Part shown: positions 23,212 to 36,019 of the stretch, piece after piece | How the letters are laid out: each line of letters begins with the position of its first letter | How positions within the stretch are numbered: position 1 is the first letter of the stretch | DNA from: Octopus sinensis | Taxonomy: Eukaryota | Length of the DNA: 38,185 bases | NCBI RefSeq assembly: GCF_006345805.1 | Contig: NW_021835882.1 | Span: 1-38,185 of the forward strand | Direction of reading: 5' to 3' | Notes under the pieces: generated by a model | Database searches by the model: none | Seen by the model: only the letters and a program-made list of their open reading frames with translations | Told to the model about the DNA's origin: nothing | Translations under genes and position numbers: made by a program

Positions 23212-23945
23212 ACATCATCCATTATCATCATCATCATCGTCATCATCATCATCATCATCGTCGTCGTCATCATCATCGTCGTCATCGTTATCATCGTCAT
23301 AATCACCATCATCATCATTATCATCATCAGTATCATCATCATTGTCATCATCGTCATCATCATCGTCATCGTCATTATTATAATTAACATCATCATCGTT
23401 ATCATATTCCTTATCATCATCATCATTATCCTCATCATCATCATCATCATCATCATTATCAGTATCATCATCATTGTCATCATCGTCATTATCATCATCG
23501 ACATCACCAACATCATCGTCATCATGATCGTCGTCGTCATCATCGTTATCATCAACATCATCATCGTTATTATATTCCTTATCATCATCATCATTATCCT
23601 CATCATCGTCATCATCGTCGTCATCATCATCATCATCATTATCATCATCGTCATTATCATCATTGACATCACCGTCATCATCATCGTCATTATCATCATT
23701 GACATCACCATCATCATCGTCATCGTCGTCATCATTGTCATCATCATCGCCATCGTCATTATCATCATCGTCGTCGTCGTCGTCATCGTTATCATCGACA
23801 TCATCATCGTTATCATATTCCTTATCATCATCATCGTTATCCTCATCATCGTCGTCATTGTCATCGCCATTATCATCATCGTCATCAACGTTGTCGTCGT
23901 CATCAACGTCATCATCATCATCATCATCAACAACAACAACAACAG
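23212..23945. repeat. Cryptic (ATC/GTC/ATT)n triplet array with higher-order internal duplications
   Basis: Triplet register is unbroken for over 700 bp; the marker ATATTCCTT recurs at 23404, 23572 and 23815. Confidence 0.95.
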
Positions 23946-24012
23946 CTGCAGCAGCAATAACAACAACGTCAACAATATTAGCAGTTACAAAGATAATTAA
24001 ACATCGGTTAAG
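23215..24012 (-). other. Start-less open frame encoding a poly-Asp/Asn peptide (possible exon, unproven)
   Basis: Antisense register of ORF 23107-24000 has no stop between TGA at 24013-24015 and TGA at 23215-23217. Confidence 0.2.
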
Positions 24013-24057
24013 TCAATAGCAACAATTGACAAAACCCAATATCAACTACAAAGACGA

Positions 24058-24296
24058 TGGAGCCTCTGTATTGTCGCTTGATTTGCTAGAAATAGCAGCC
24101 AAATCTCTCTCAAAAATGCATTCTGCAGTTTCAACAAAAAGAAGAGCATTTTGGGGTTTTGTATTCCTAGATACATTTTACCCTTATGGAATTGTCATGG
24201 GTGGAAGCCTTTACAGAATAGGATTTCTCGTTCAAGATTACCCAGGAATTAAACAACATTTGTCAAAGTAATTAGAACATTTGAACAACAACAACG
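24058..24296 (+). mobile_element. Old interspersed repeat family F
   Basis: GGAGCCTCTG...GCTAGAAATAGCAGCCAAATCTCTCTCAAA...TTAAACAAC; related pieces at 5178-5380, about 29660-29700 and 30435-30490. Confidence 0.6.
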
Positions 24297-25242
24297 ACTA
24301 CTACTACTACTATGTCGATAATAGTGGTAATAGCATCAACTAAAGGATACCGGTAGCGACAACAGCTACAAGCTGAATTGCAAAAATCACAATAAGAACA
24401 ACAACCACATCGACACTCTAAGATAAGAGTAATGAAGACAATGATAAACTGATGCTAATGAGAATCAGAAAAAAAAAAAAGATAAAGACAAATTTAACAA
24501 AAATGCATTAATTGTAGTGAGCTTTTTTATGTCAACAACAGAAGTTATTATGTTTGAGCTGTTTTTGTTTGTTTGTTTTTTGGCTTTTCCTTTTGTTTTT
24601 ATTTGATCTGCTAATGACGATTGCAGCAGATCAGTCTCACAATGTTGATGGGACGGCGAATGCAGATCAGTTCAGAAGTTCTACTGTCATTCAGACATTC
24701 ATTTACTTTCAGCTACATAATTATTTCTTTTTTTTTCTCCCCCCCCCCTTTTTTTTATATATATATATATATATATTATTTTAACTGTTTTTGTTTTAGT
24801 GATTCTCTTTCTAGTGTATTTTCATTCACTATTTCAGTAATTTCGACTTCAATGGAACTATTTACGAAAAGTACGCCTTTCTCTAATTTCGCGAGCGAGT
24901 TGTCGTCTGCAGATGTGTAGAATTAACTGGAACAATAAAGCTTTCTTCATACTGAAAAATAAATTGACTATTTTATTGGAAATATATCGCTAAAGATGTC
25001 ATTTGAGAATGGAAGGAAGGAATGAGTTTACTGATAACTAACTCACTATCGCTTTTCGTTTTATATATAGACTGGTCTTTCTATCGCTTAGACTTTCAAA
25101 ATTGTTTTTTTTTTGTTTTTGGTACTTTATATTCAGTATTTATTTTATTTTACGTCTTTTCTCTTTCCCTCTCTCTCATATGCATACATAATACATACAT
25201 ACATTTATATGCATACATGCATACATATATATATATACGTAC

Positions 25243-25290
<48 letters not shown>

Positions 25291-26007
25291 GTATGTATGC
25301 ATATATGTATAAGTATATATGTATGAACGAGTAAAACCCCTCACCATCTCTCTCATATGCACAATCGCTACATCTCTATTACACAACGTCCTCGTATTTT
25401 CCTTCTCTCCTTTTTTTATAAAAAATCTTTCTAATTAAGTATTCTTGTCTCCTTGCCACTTAGATTTCTCTTGACTTAATTTATGCATATACAAATACAA
25501 TTAGACACACTAACATACATACTGCTCTCCTTTGATTGAGCACAAGGTTGGGGGATGGGAGAAATGGAAAGTTTAGTTTTTTGCACCTAACCCAATAGTA
25601 GAAACAATGAAAGATTCAGTTCAAAAACTGCTTCACACTTTCCTGATCTGTAATACTCCACTGTTTGGGCATGTGTAAATGCACAACACATACAAACACA
25701 CGCCTATGCATGTCTGAGTACAAACAGAAACACACCTACGCACAAAACTTTGTAATAGCTCGTATTTGTCTTTTGTATGGGCCCTAGATTCGTAACATTC
25801 TAAGAAGACTAATGGGAAAAGCAAAGTCATTCCCAATCTTAACAATACTACACCAAGTATATCGGTAATATATTTATTGTGATAAACTGACGGAATAGCA
25901 AAATAATCAATGCACAGATGCATCACATGTAAAATACATCATGAAGTCTATCAGAATTTATCCAATGTAAAATTTTAAAATCCAGCGTTGACAAATTTTA
26001 ACAGTTA

Positions 26008-26420
26008 GGCGCAGGAGTGGCTTTGAGGTAAGTAGCTTGCCTACCAGCCACAAGGTTCCGGGTTCATTCCCACTGCGTGACCACTTGGGCAAGTGCCTTC
26101 TACTGTAGCTTCGGGCCAACCAAAGCCTTGTGAGTGGATTTGGTAGACGGAAACTGAAAGAAGCCCGTCGTATATATGTATGTGTGTGTATATGTTTGTG
26201 TGTCTGTGTTTGTCTCCCCAACATCGCTTGACAACCAATGGTGGTGTGTTTACGTCCCCATAACTTAACGGTTCGGCAAAAGAGACCGATAGAATAAATA
26301 CTAGGCTTCCAAAGAATAAGTTCTGGGGTCGATCTGCTCGACTAAAGGCGGTGCACCAGCATGGCAACAGTCAAATGACTGAAACAAGTAAAAGAGTAAA
26401 AGAGTAAAAGAGTAAAAGAG
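26008..26420 (+). mobile_element. SINE family B, full length, (AGTAAAAG)4 tail
   Basis: GGCGCAGGAGTGGC head, GGTTCATTCCC B box, short internal microsatellite, four tandem 8-nt tail units. Confidence 0.93.
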
Positions 26421-26751
26421 TTACAACAGTATTTCCATGACACTTTGCGACCCCTTTGAAAAGCGCGCGAATAATACTCCATTATTTATTACCATCACTT
26501 CCTTCTGACAATAAGAAAGTGAGGGTTGTGAAAGGTTAATGGACTAATAGATTTAGGAATGTTATTGCTCTAATGTAAACATAAAGAACTAATAATAAAA
26601 TACGAAAAACCCTTAAAAAAAAATAAACTTGATTCAAAAACGTAATTCGAAAATAGGCGGGTCTTGATTATATGAATGAAATTGCAGCGATTCACTCCCA
26701 ACCACTCTAACACACGCACACACACTCACACACATTAATACTGCCATTTAC

Positions 26752-27146
26752 GTCATAGTAGGCATCCGTCGGTCTCTGCGCCTGAAGAAGTGTCAGCTGT
26801 TCATGGTGGTGTAGCATCTGCTGTGGATACAGAGGCCTACACGGGAGTGATAGTCACGCATATAGCGACTGCATTTGAAGGAGCACTCTACCGGCGCTAC
26901 TGGTTTTTCCTTTCGTCCAGTGAACTTTTCTTTGTTGTTAAGTTCCTATTTCTCTTCCCCTTTCAGAATATTTGTCTCCAGCGTGGGCGATCATTTGCGA
27001 ACTCCTCTCATCTCAGGACGTCTGGATCTATTGAATTCATATCTCTCTTGCAGACGTCCTTGATACGAAGATGAGGTCGCCCTCGTGCTCTATTACTGGT
27101 AGCCAATTCTCCATATAGGAGTTCTTTTGGGATCCTCCCGTCCAAT
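26752..27146 (-). mobile_element. RTE-clade LINE 3' fragment, decayed
   Basis: Minus-strand translation LDGRIPKELLYGELATSNRARGRPHLRIKDVCKRDM...ANDRPRWR...SRVGLCIHSR with stops and frameshift; 3' end GAGACCGACGGATGCCTAC. Confidence 0.85.
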
Positions 27147-27232
27147 TTACGTTATAACGTAGATCTATATTCACCAACATCAACTGACAGAAATCTTAGA
27201 TTAAACAATATATGACGAAAGAATGGAATATT

Positions 27233-27420
27233 ATTAGCTTCAAATTCCGGAGAAGGGGTCAAGACAAATACTCAGTGTCAGATTGGTACTTATTTTATCA
27301 ACTCCGGAAGGATGAAAGGAAAAGTCGACCTCGGCGGGATTTGAACTCAAGATGTAAAAACTGACGAAATGCCGCTAAGCATTTTGCTCACCGTGCTAAC
27401 GATCCTGCCAGCTTGCCGCC
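27233..27420 (-). mobile_element. SINE family A with an internal deletion in the tail
   Basis: Reverse complement of GGCGGCAAGCTGGCAGGATCGTTAGC...GAGTTCAAATCCCGCCGAGGTCGAC. Confidence 0.85.
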
Positions 27421-28057
27421 TTTGGAAGGATGAAATATTAAAAGTTTACAACTGAATAAGGTGAAGTAGTCGTTGTTATTAATGTTGTCTTCTCTACCGT
27501 CAATCCTGATCGAGAACATCATAAATACAGAGGTATACACAACTACACTAATGCAAGGGAACTATATCTTTATAACTTAGTAATAACTGTCTTGAGACCT
27601 AGCGACAGAGATTATTTTTATTTGATACTATAATGTATGAAAGACGACCAGCCGACATTGATAGATTCTCACGCATGTACAGACATACGTATACAGGACG
27701 AGGGGTATAGAAACATTTAACTATTCACACAGACGCGGACAGAGACGTAAGCAAACACAGCTATTAACATACAAATGCATATCCTCTCAAATTAGCCAAA
27801 TACATGGGAGATGATAGAAATACACAAATCTCTCGAAATTATAGTGTTCATATTCGAAAGAATTTGAAGCGGACGTAATTCAAAGAAATTAAGAGACAGA
27901 CGGGCCTGGAGCAGACCTGAAGTGGAGAAGGCATAATTATTGATGAGGCTGCGAAGGACAACGAAAAGACTTCGACATGACTGATTGATTGACCAAACAA
28001 TTAATCAGACAATTGATTAGTTAAGTGTCTAAATGGTTAACTAACTAAGTAACTAAT

Positions 28058-28264
28058 AATGGTTTCAAATTTTGGCACGAGGTCAGCAAGTTCAGCGGAG
28101 GGGGCTAAGTCAATTATATTGACTCTAGTGCACAACTGCTACTTACTTTATCGTCTGCGAAAGGATGAAAGGCAAAGTCGACCACGGAGGAAATTGAACT
28201 CAGAACATAAAGACGGACGAAATGTCGCTGCCCGGCGCGCTAACGATTCTGCCAGATCCCCGCC
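28058..28264 (-). mobile_element. SINE family A
   Basis: Same head, body and tail as the other A copies. Confidence 0.85.
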
Positions 28265-28301
28265 TTGAGCACAAACAATAATAATAAATAAGTGAAACAG
28301 A

Positions 28302-28599
28302 GGTGGAGGCACATGGCCTTGTGGTTAGAGCAGCGGACTCGCGTTCGAGAGATCGCGGGTTCGAATCTCAGACCGGGCGATGTGTGTGTTTATGAACGAA
28401 GCACCTAAGCTCCATGCGGCTCCAGCCGAAGGTAATGGCGAACTTCTGCTGACTCTTTCGCCCCAACTTTCACTCTTTCCTCCTGCGTCTTGCAGCTCAC
28501 CTGCGACGGACCGGCGTTCCGTCCAGGTGGGGAACCTATACGCCAAGGAAACCGGGAAACCGGCCTTTATGAGCCAGGCGTGGCTCGAGAAGGAACAAC
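28302..28599 (+). mobile_element. C-headed SINE with V-like 3' module, 12-bp TSD
   Basis: TSD AAGTGAAACAGA at 28290-28301 and 28600-28611; A box TGGCCTTGTGG, B box GGTTCGAATCT. Confidence 0.92.
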
Positions 28600-28979
28600 A
28601 AGTGAAACAGAACCAGTGTATGCGTTTATTATTGGCATACTTTTTTACATTCCGCTCAGTCTTACACACTAATAATATATATCAATTATCTTTCATATTA
28701 AAATGCGTGGACGGATAATTTGACACAGTAACGACAATAGTGGCCATGGCGATGAAAAGAAAACTACTCCATTTAGGAAGTGTCTACATAAGGCTCCTCA
28801 AATTACGACTCGTATATTTTATTGTCTAATAATTATTTAAACGTGTATTTTTGGAAACATATATGACTCTATTATTCTTTTACTGGTCTCAGTTACTGAA
28901 CTGTCTGAGATCAAACACAAAGGCATGTACACACACATACACACACAATCGCACACATACAGATACACACATACACATA

Positions 28980-29543
28980 TCTATTATATAAAATCAGTTC
29001 TGTCTGTCTGTGTGCGTGTCTTCTAGGATTCTAGGATCTCGGGCATTCTCCATCCGATTGCGCTCAAATTTGATATGTAGATACCGATGGTATCAGGGCG
29101 TATATAAGTCTTGAGAAAATTACAAAAATCGATTCCACGTGAGAATGCGATCGATATAGCCGTGGTAACGTGCATTTGTACGCGCAAGTACATCAGCTGT
29201 TGCGATCGATACTACGCGTATGCGAGAAAAATGCACGTGCAGTTTGTGCAAAAAAAGCCGGCTGGCTTGAAATAATGCCACAAAATGCAGTATACTTAAG
29301 AGACCAAAAAAGTAAGATGCAAAAGAGATATTTTCTTCAAACTTAGCATGAAGGAAGGAAAGACTATTTGGATTCTCAAGAAGTCCTTTTTTTTGTCTTC
29401 GTTAAACTTCGTTTAACAAAACCAAAATTTTTATTGAAATAAAGGCATGATTAATTATTTTTTAATGAAAAGAAAACACTGATTGCTTTTTATTCAGCAG
29501 ATATGATTCAGCACCGCCCATTGGACAGGGGGCATTTTGCTCG
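28980..29543 (+). mobile_element. Non-autonomous Helitron
   Basis: A|TCTATTATATAAAA 5' end followed by (TCTG)n; decayed GC-rich palindrome at 29511-29533, then CTCG|T (variant of CTAG); inserted between A and T with no TSD. Confidence 0.65.
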
Positions 29544-29546
29544 TAT

Positions 29547-29638
<92 letters not shown>

Positions 29639-29849
29639 TCAAAGGACATACTAAGTATGTCTGCCAACTGGAAATAACAGTCAAAACTCTTAAATCGCCA
29701 AAATTACACTGGCGATAACTACAGAAATCAACCGAAAGCAGATTAGGTTAATAAAATCTCTTAACGTACATTTAAGCATAAGGACTCACGTGGACTGGTT
29801 TCTGTACTGTATTTTCTCGCGAATTATTTGCCCTGTATAGAGAGTATAT

Positions 29850-30015
29850 GTGTGTGTGTTGTGTGTGTGTGTGTGTGTGTGTACGACGAGAGCCCACACA
29901 GTTTCCGTCAACCAAATTCACTCAACCCTTGCCCAAGTTGCCGCGCTGTGTGGCTGAATACAAAACCACGTGATTGCGAAGCGGACTTTCAAAGCATACC
30001 ACCATGCCTGCGCTT
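29850..30015 (-). mobile_element. Decayed B-type SINE 5' half
   Basis: CAGTTTCCGTCAACCAAATTCACTCA, CTTGCCCAAG and CCATGCCTGCGC match family B in reverse. Confidence 0.65.
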
Positions 30016-30799
30016 ATGTGTGTGTGTGTAATACATAATATATATGCATATATACGCAGATGTTAGTATGTAAGTGTGCTCTGATATAGGCTCATATATA
30101 TGTATGCGTATATTTGTGCATTTATCTAATTTATGCATAAGTAAATTGTTTTTACAAAAAAATAAACGAAGTTATCGCCGGATGCAACGACAAGAACGGA
30201 GAAAAAGAAACAAAAGATGAAATTTTCATTTTTATATTTTTTTCCTCTAATTCGTATTTTCGGATTTTAGAACAAAGAAATCCAAAGAACTCTCTGAAGA
30301 CAATCAACAAATATTTTTAAAACATTACTAAAATGAAGTGGTGGGTGCTTATTCTGTAATTCTGACTATTTTCGTACATGTAAGACTGCATTAACACAAT
30401 GTATCTTTTCTTCTTCAAAACCCGTAGAAAAGCATTTGAAGGGTTTGGGCTGCTATTTCAATCACATCGAACGATTACATAGAGGTTTCTTTATTTAATC
30501 CTTATTTCCAACACACAAACCCATATCATCACCAAAACGCCGTCCTTAAGTCGGACATGAAGCGTTTTGGCGCAGCGGTTTTGACACAACCTATTTTGTA
30601 TCGTTGAATTGACGCTTATTTGATATCAGAAATTTGATATCTCTACCTGTTCATCTGTACGAGCATCTAGTTTGTGTGTACGTATTATGTACCCCTTTCT
30701 CTCTCACACTCTCAATCTCTCTAAGCCAATCTCATGCTGTACGCCAGTGATGTCATTACATTCGGTATTCCTGCACGGGAAAAGAAGACTCAGATAATT

Positions 30800-31770
30800 C
30801 AGAAGTCAAATTCGCTGGAGAAATCATCGACGATAAAGAATCAAGAGCAGAAATCCTTGCAAGACCCTTGCCAACAATGTACTAATCAAACAATATGGAG
30901 ACGTAGAAACACCTTCATGAATAGTAAGCTCAGATTCCTACGTATATAGGCACTTTCTCTTGCACTCATACTAAACAAGGACTCGCACTGCAGAGTTACA
31001 AAGATGCAGGCAGAAGAATTGAGATGCTGCCGCATCATCTTAGGCATCTCATACCTGAATTATATCAGAAATTAGCAGTTACCGTAAATCCTCGAGTATA
31101 GTCCGCTCTTGAGTATGAAACGCAGGGGATTTTTAGGGGGCTGTACCTCTGAAAAACCTATACCTTGTGTATAATACGCACCCCTTCTCTAACTTGAGTC
31201 AAGGAGGTCTATATAACGTCCTTGGTTTGTAAAAATGTGTACGGTAACGCCTTTTGTTATTATTGTATATATAACATAATGCACACGTGTAGCTTTTTTG
31301 TGCATTTTGTTTGCAGAAAATAAAGAAATAACAGTAATAACGTTTAATAGATGTTGCTAACTGCAAGTTATGGATGATTTAAGGTATTTTCGCGCCCGAC
31401 ATCACAAAATGCGTCTGAATAAACATTGCCGGACAGCAAATAGAGACTCGGACATTGCTTAGAAAATATTTTTCATTTTTAACCTCGTATATAGTACGCA
31501 CTAGGGATTTTGACCTTTAAATTTTTTGGGGGGAAATGCGGATTATACTCGAGGATTTACGGTAAGTCAAACCGTCAGGTATGACATTGATCACCACGTA
31601 GACTTTCTAACAAAAGTAAAGGAAAAAAAAACTGAGAAAGTATGACCATATAACAAGATCCAGGGTCCTCGTAAAAGAAAAGAAACATTCTTCTAGGAAT
31701 TGTGGAGTGTAAATGGAGTGGTAGGCAAAGAAAAAGCTGGTTGAACAACGCCAAAAAAAATGGACAGACA
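30800..31770 (+). mobile_element. Decayed RTE-clade LINE ORF fragment, interrupted by a MITE
   Basis: Frameshifted peptides GEIIDDKESRAEILAR, TIWRRRNTFMNSKLRFLR and QAEELRCCRIILGISY; after the MITE, DFLTKVKEKK, LRKYDHITRS and GRQRKSWLNN, in RTE post-RT motif order. Confidence 0.75.
31082..31562. mobile_element. Tc1/mariner-superfamily (pogo/Tigger-like) MITE, 481 bp
   Basis: 25-bp TIR CCGTAAATCCTCGAGTATA(G/A)TCCGC with one mismatch; TA duplication at 31080-31081 and 31563-31564. Confidence 0.9.
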
Positions 31771-32143
31771 AATTAAAATGAATGCAAATTAAAATGCGTT
31801 AAAATTATTACAATTATATTCGATATCTTCTCCAGATACGAATACGTTTGTGGTATTGACACGTTCTAAGAAATATGTTATAACATAAGAATGACTTGTT
31901 CTTATCGGGCTGAAACAACCAGACTTGGTATTCGTGGCCGACAACAAGAAAGAATGCAGAGAAGCGCACGTCCTGTGGTTCATTCACATCCTGATGTGTT
32001 TCCATACATGTTGTCTATGAGGAAAGTTTTCTCCTAGGATTATTTCCGCAGTGAATGGTCTTCACACATTCGAGTGCACTCGGACGTATTAAGTATGACT
32101 TTACGCGAATATAATTTATTTAACGCTGCTTCGTGCGAAGTTT

Positions 32144-32227
32144 GAGATAGATAGATAGACAGACAGACAGACACACAGACAGACAGACAGACAGGTAGGT
32201 CGGTAGGTAGGTAGATGATAGATAGAC

Positions 32228-32301
<74 letters not shown>

Positions 32302-32363
32302 GTAGATAGGTAGGTCGATAGATAGACAGACAGACTGACAGATAGATAAATTGATAGATAGAT

Positions 32364-32394
<31 letters not shown>

Positions 32395-32560
32395 TAGATA
32401 AGCAGACAGACAGATAGGTAGGTAGGAAGGTAGGTATGTAGGTTGGTAGGTAGATGATAGATAGATAGATAGGTAGGCAGGTAGGTAGGTAGGTAGGTTG
32501 GTAGGTGGATGGACAGATACATGTATACATACATACATACATACATACACACACACACTC
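32144..32560. repeat. Compound (GATA)/(GACA)/(GGTA)n array
   Basis: Directly visible. Confidence 0.95.
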
Positions 32561-32673
32561 ACATATACGCTAGCTCACAATGTACATAATTTGTTTATGA
32601 AAATAACTCCAGACCTGGCAACAGAAATCAACGCTTTAAGGAAGGTTATTTATCATATAAGATAAAAGTATTT

Positions 32674-32675
<2 letters not shown>

Positions 32676-32708
<33 letters not shown>

Positions 32709-32711
32709 TGA

Positions 32712-32767
<56 letters not shown>

Positions 32768-33048
32768 CACGACACAAGCTGTTCGAGGTGGTTTTTTTAA
32801 ACCTTGAAGAATATCTTAGATTTTAATTTTCTTCAACTTGAAATATGAGAATTTTGATTCCTATTCAGAAAATTCCAAATATATGTCTGAGTAGGTATGA
32901 ATGTGTGTGCGTCGATCTGTAAATAAATGATACTTTGCATACGTGTGTTCACATATGCACACAAACACACACACACACACACGCACACATACACACACAC
33001 GCACACACACACACACACGCACACATACGCACACACACACACACACAC
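32676..33048. repeat. (TG)n at 32676-32766 and (CA)n at 32965-33048
   Basis: Directly visible; the two arrays are in mutually inverted orientation. Confidence 0.93.
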
Positions 33049-33568
33049 ATGTTCGCAAGGCTTTTAATGTTAATATATAATGATATATATTTCATTTTTC
33101 TCTATCAAGGAATATGGTTCCTTGAAACTAATGTGCAGCTACAGAAAATCCTACGATGAAGAGATCCAATGCTCTACGTCTGTTCGTTTATGATTCCACT
33201 ATCAGAATTTATGATTTTGGTATGGATCGGGACATTTTATATCCGTTAAGCTCAAAACGATGATATTTTCATCGCATTAATTTTCAAACTCGCTTCTCTT
33301 CTTTTTTCTCTCTCTGTTGCTTATCAGAAAAGACATTAGTCTTGCTTAAAGAAATCCTCTTCATACTTAAAGAATGTTTCAAGAAATCATTTTCAAATAT
33401 AATGTATCTGTTTTTATATTCCTTTTAAAATAATCTGTAAAAGAGAGAATAAAATTTTCTATGCATCTTTCAAAAGACTTAAAACCACAATGTTATTTAT
33501 ATAATGTCATTTTAACCGCCGTCATACAATGGCATATATATATATATATATATACATATACATACATA

Positions 33569-33610
<42 letters not shown>

Positions 33611-33611
<1 letters not shown>

Positions 33612-33862
33612 GCGGAGAAGACGAAACAGGGACAACTGAAGAAGGGCAATATTCCTTGTGTTGTATATCTTGTACTCTGTTTTTTCGCTGTTTGAAAAAA
33701 AGTTTGTTTCCATGTTTTTGTTTTTATGTTTTCGTTTCTCATTGTGTTCAATGTTTTTTGATGTCCTGTACCCATGTATGCATGTATATATACATATAGA
33801 TGTAGGTATGTACATATATGTATGTATATATTCATATATTTATCTATTATTTATATTATTAT
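33611..33862. mobile_element. Interspersed repeat family G, copy 2
   Basis: Colinear with 17159-17410; starts abruptly at a (TA)n array. Confidence 0.8.
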
Positions 33863-33929
33863 ATGATCGAACGCCACGCATCCTTTTCCAAGTAAGTTTT
33901 ATCTATCTATCTATCTATCTATCTAGCTA

Positions 33930-33988
<59 letters not shown>

Positions 33989-35272
33989 TCTTGGCTCATA
34001 TTTATGCATGGTTTTATATATGATAGGGTGCATGCGTTTAAAGACAGAATCAGAGTAGTCAGTACGGAAGTACGTATAGAAAAGTTAAATATTCAATGAC
34101 GATTGTACTTTATATGGTCCCTGTTAATATTAATATGAATTAGTATTCAAACAATCGTTAGGTGAACAAGTTCAACCACTGGAATCAAATACAAGGAGAT
34201 AATTAGCTTCCACACGAGTACAGGTTAAAGGGGTGAAGTTAAAATTGCACTTGGAGTTTTTAAGAACATTTATTTAGACTAACTTAACCGGTTTCTCGAT
34301 GTCATGATTTTGAAAAATTTTGTGAGGTAGATGGACGTAGATCTATGCTGTAACTACTAATCTCTGACTGGAATTTGAAAATTCGGTGTCTTTTATGGAA
34401 AGATTATCGCTAAGGTTGCTATCAGAAAAGATAAAGTTTGATTGAGTGAAGATGGTCATGAGATACGCTTAGAATTTCGTGCATTACCTGCGACGTCCGT
34501 GCATTAGGATTAAGTGATTGTATGAATGGTAACTGCATGTGTTAGTCCAGTGAATGTGTCATGTGATATTATGAATAATAATTGTGCGTGACCTCCATGT
34601 ATTAAATTAATGGAAAAGTATGGGCGATAATTGCGCCAAAAGTCAGGTCTGTGTTAATCCAATGAATGCGGTAATATAAACAACAATTAAAGATTTGAGA
34701 TTGTTAGAATAGCTATAAACAGTGAAATAGACTGTTTCTTGTCTGCGCATGACAGTAAGTTACACGTCTCTATGTTGACAGCAAATTATGTATCTATGTG
34801 TGTGTGTAGATACGGTTGTCTGTGTTTGTATGTGAGAGAAGAACAACAATAATGATATCGCTTGAGGATTTAATTTCATGGTTGTATCTTCGTGTATTTT
34901 TCCAATATGTCGTTATAGCTTATTAAGCCGTGATTTGTATTAATTTCTTTTTCTTAATTTGTTTATTGGCTGTGTCAGAATAAAGTAAATTTTTGGAATT
35001 TGCTTATTGCGCAGGAGTTCACTAGACACATGAATCTGTCTAGTACTGGTATCTCTTATTTGTTGACGATGACTAATCAGTCCGTTTTTCAATGTAAGAA
35101 TCGTTCGATCGATCAGTTTCTTAAGACAATTTTTTACGTTTTGCCAATATAATTTTCATTACATCCATTACAAACAGATGAATCTATTTTTAAAGTTAAT
35201 ATTTATCTGATGTGTTTTCATTAAAGTCGAAAGTCCACAATTTTTATATTGTCACATTTTTTTCATACATAT

Positions 35273-35332
<60 letters not shown>

Positions 35333-35336
<4 letters not shown>

Positions 35337-35740
35337 CGGAAGACCATGCATGGACATGTTAATAGAAAGCTCCGCGATGACAGTGATATTGATCACCAAA
35401 GCAGTCTATCATGGACCAACACCGGATTACTAACTGTCACTTTGAAGAGTATGCGTTTGCAATCCAAGAACAAGAAATAGCAACCAAATGCCTAATGCAC
35501 AAAAAGGACAGAGGTGCATGGAAAACACCGAAAATTGATAACCGATGCAGACTTTGCGGGGTTAACACCAAAGATATTACCCACATCATAAGCAGTTATC
35601 AAAAATGTCATGGTGTTATTATCTACCGATGAGACAATGTTGTAGCCAAGACACTGTGTAATGAGATCCGTCAGAAGGATGATACTAAGAGCAAAGTGAT
35701 AAGAACCTACAGTATGGTAAAGGCCATAGCTACTCATGAA
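35333..35740 (+). mobile_element. R4/Dong-like internal fragment (zinc-knuckle region), frameshifted
   Basis: KTMHGHV...SLSW, then FEEYAFAIQEQEIATK...DNRCRLCGVNTKDITHIISS, then NVVAKTL; a decayed CCHC knuckle of RLE-type elements. Confidence 0.8.
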
Positions 35741-35976
35741 ACTATATGTATATGTATACATACATGAAATAAAACATAAATCTGCATATACACTGACTCC
35801 AAATACTACATACATACACATGCATACACATGCACAAATACCCGGTTGATCTTGTTGAAATTCCAATGAAGGACCCTTAGGTCTAGGTTAGAAACCGGCC
35901 CCTTCTCTACAGGTAAGAAAACTGAATAGAAACACACACACACATACATACATACATACATACATACATACATACA

Positions 35977-36008
<32 letters not shown>

Positions 36009-36019
36009 CATACGTGATG

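Noticed and set aside
24604-24650. Hairpin TGATCTGCT/AGCAGATCA and an ATGA...TGAT SECIS-like pattern
   Set aside because: The stem is only 9 bp, too short for a pre-miRNA; the SECIS helix II pairs poorly, there is no apical AA and no selenoprotein CDS nearby.
34224-35260. TTAA-AGGGG start suggesting a Kolobok or piggyBac-like element
   Set aside because: I could not find a matching opposite terminus.
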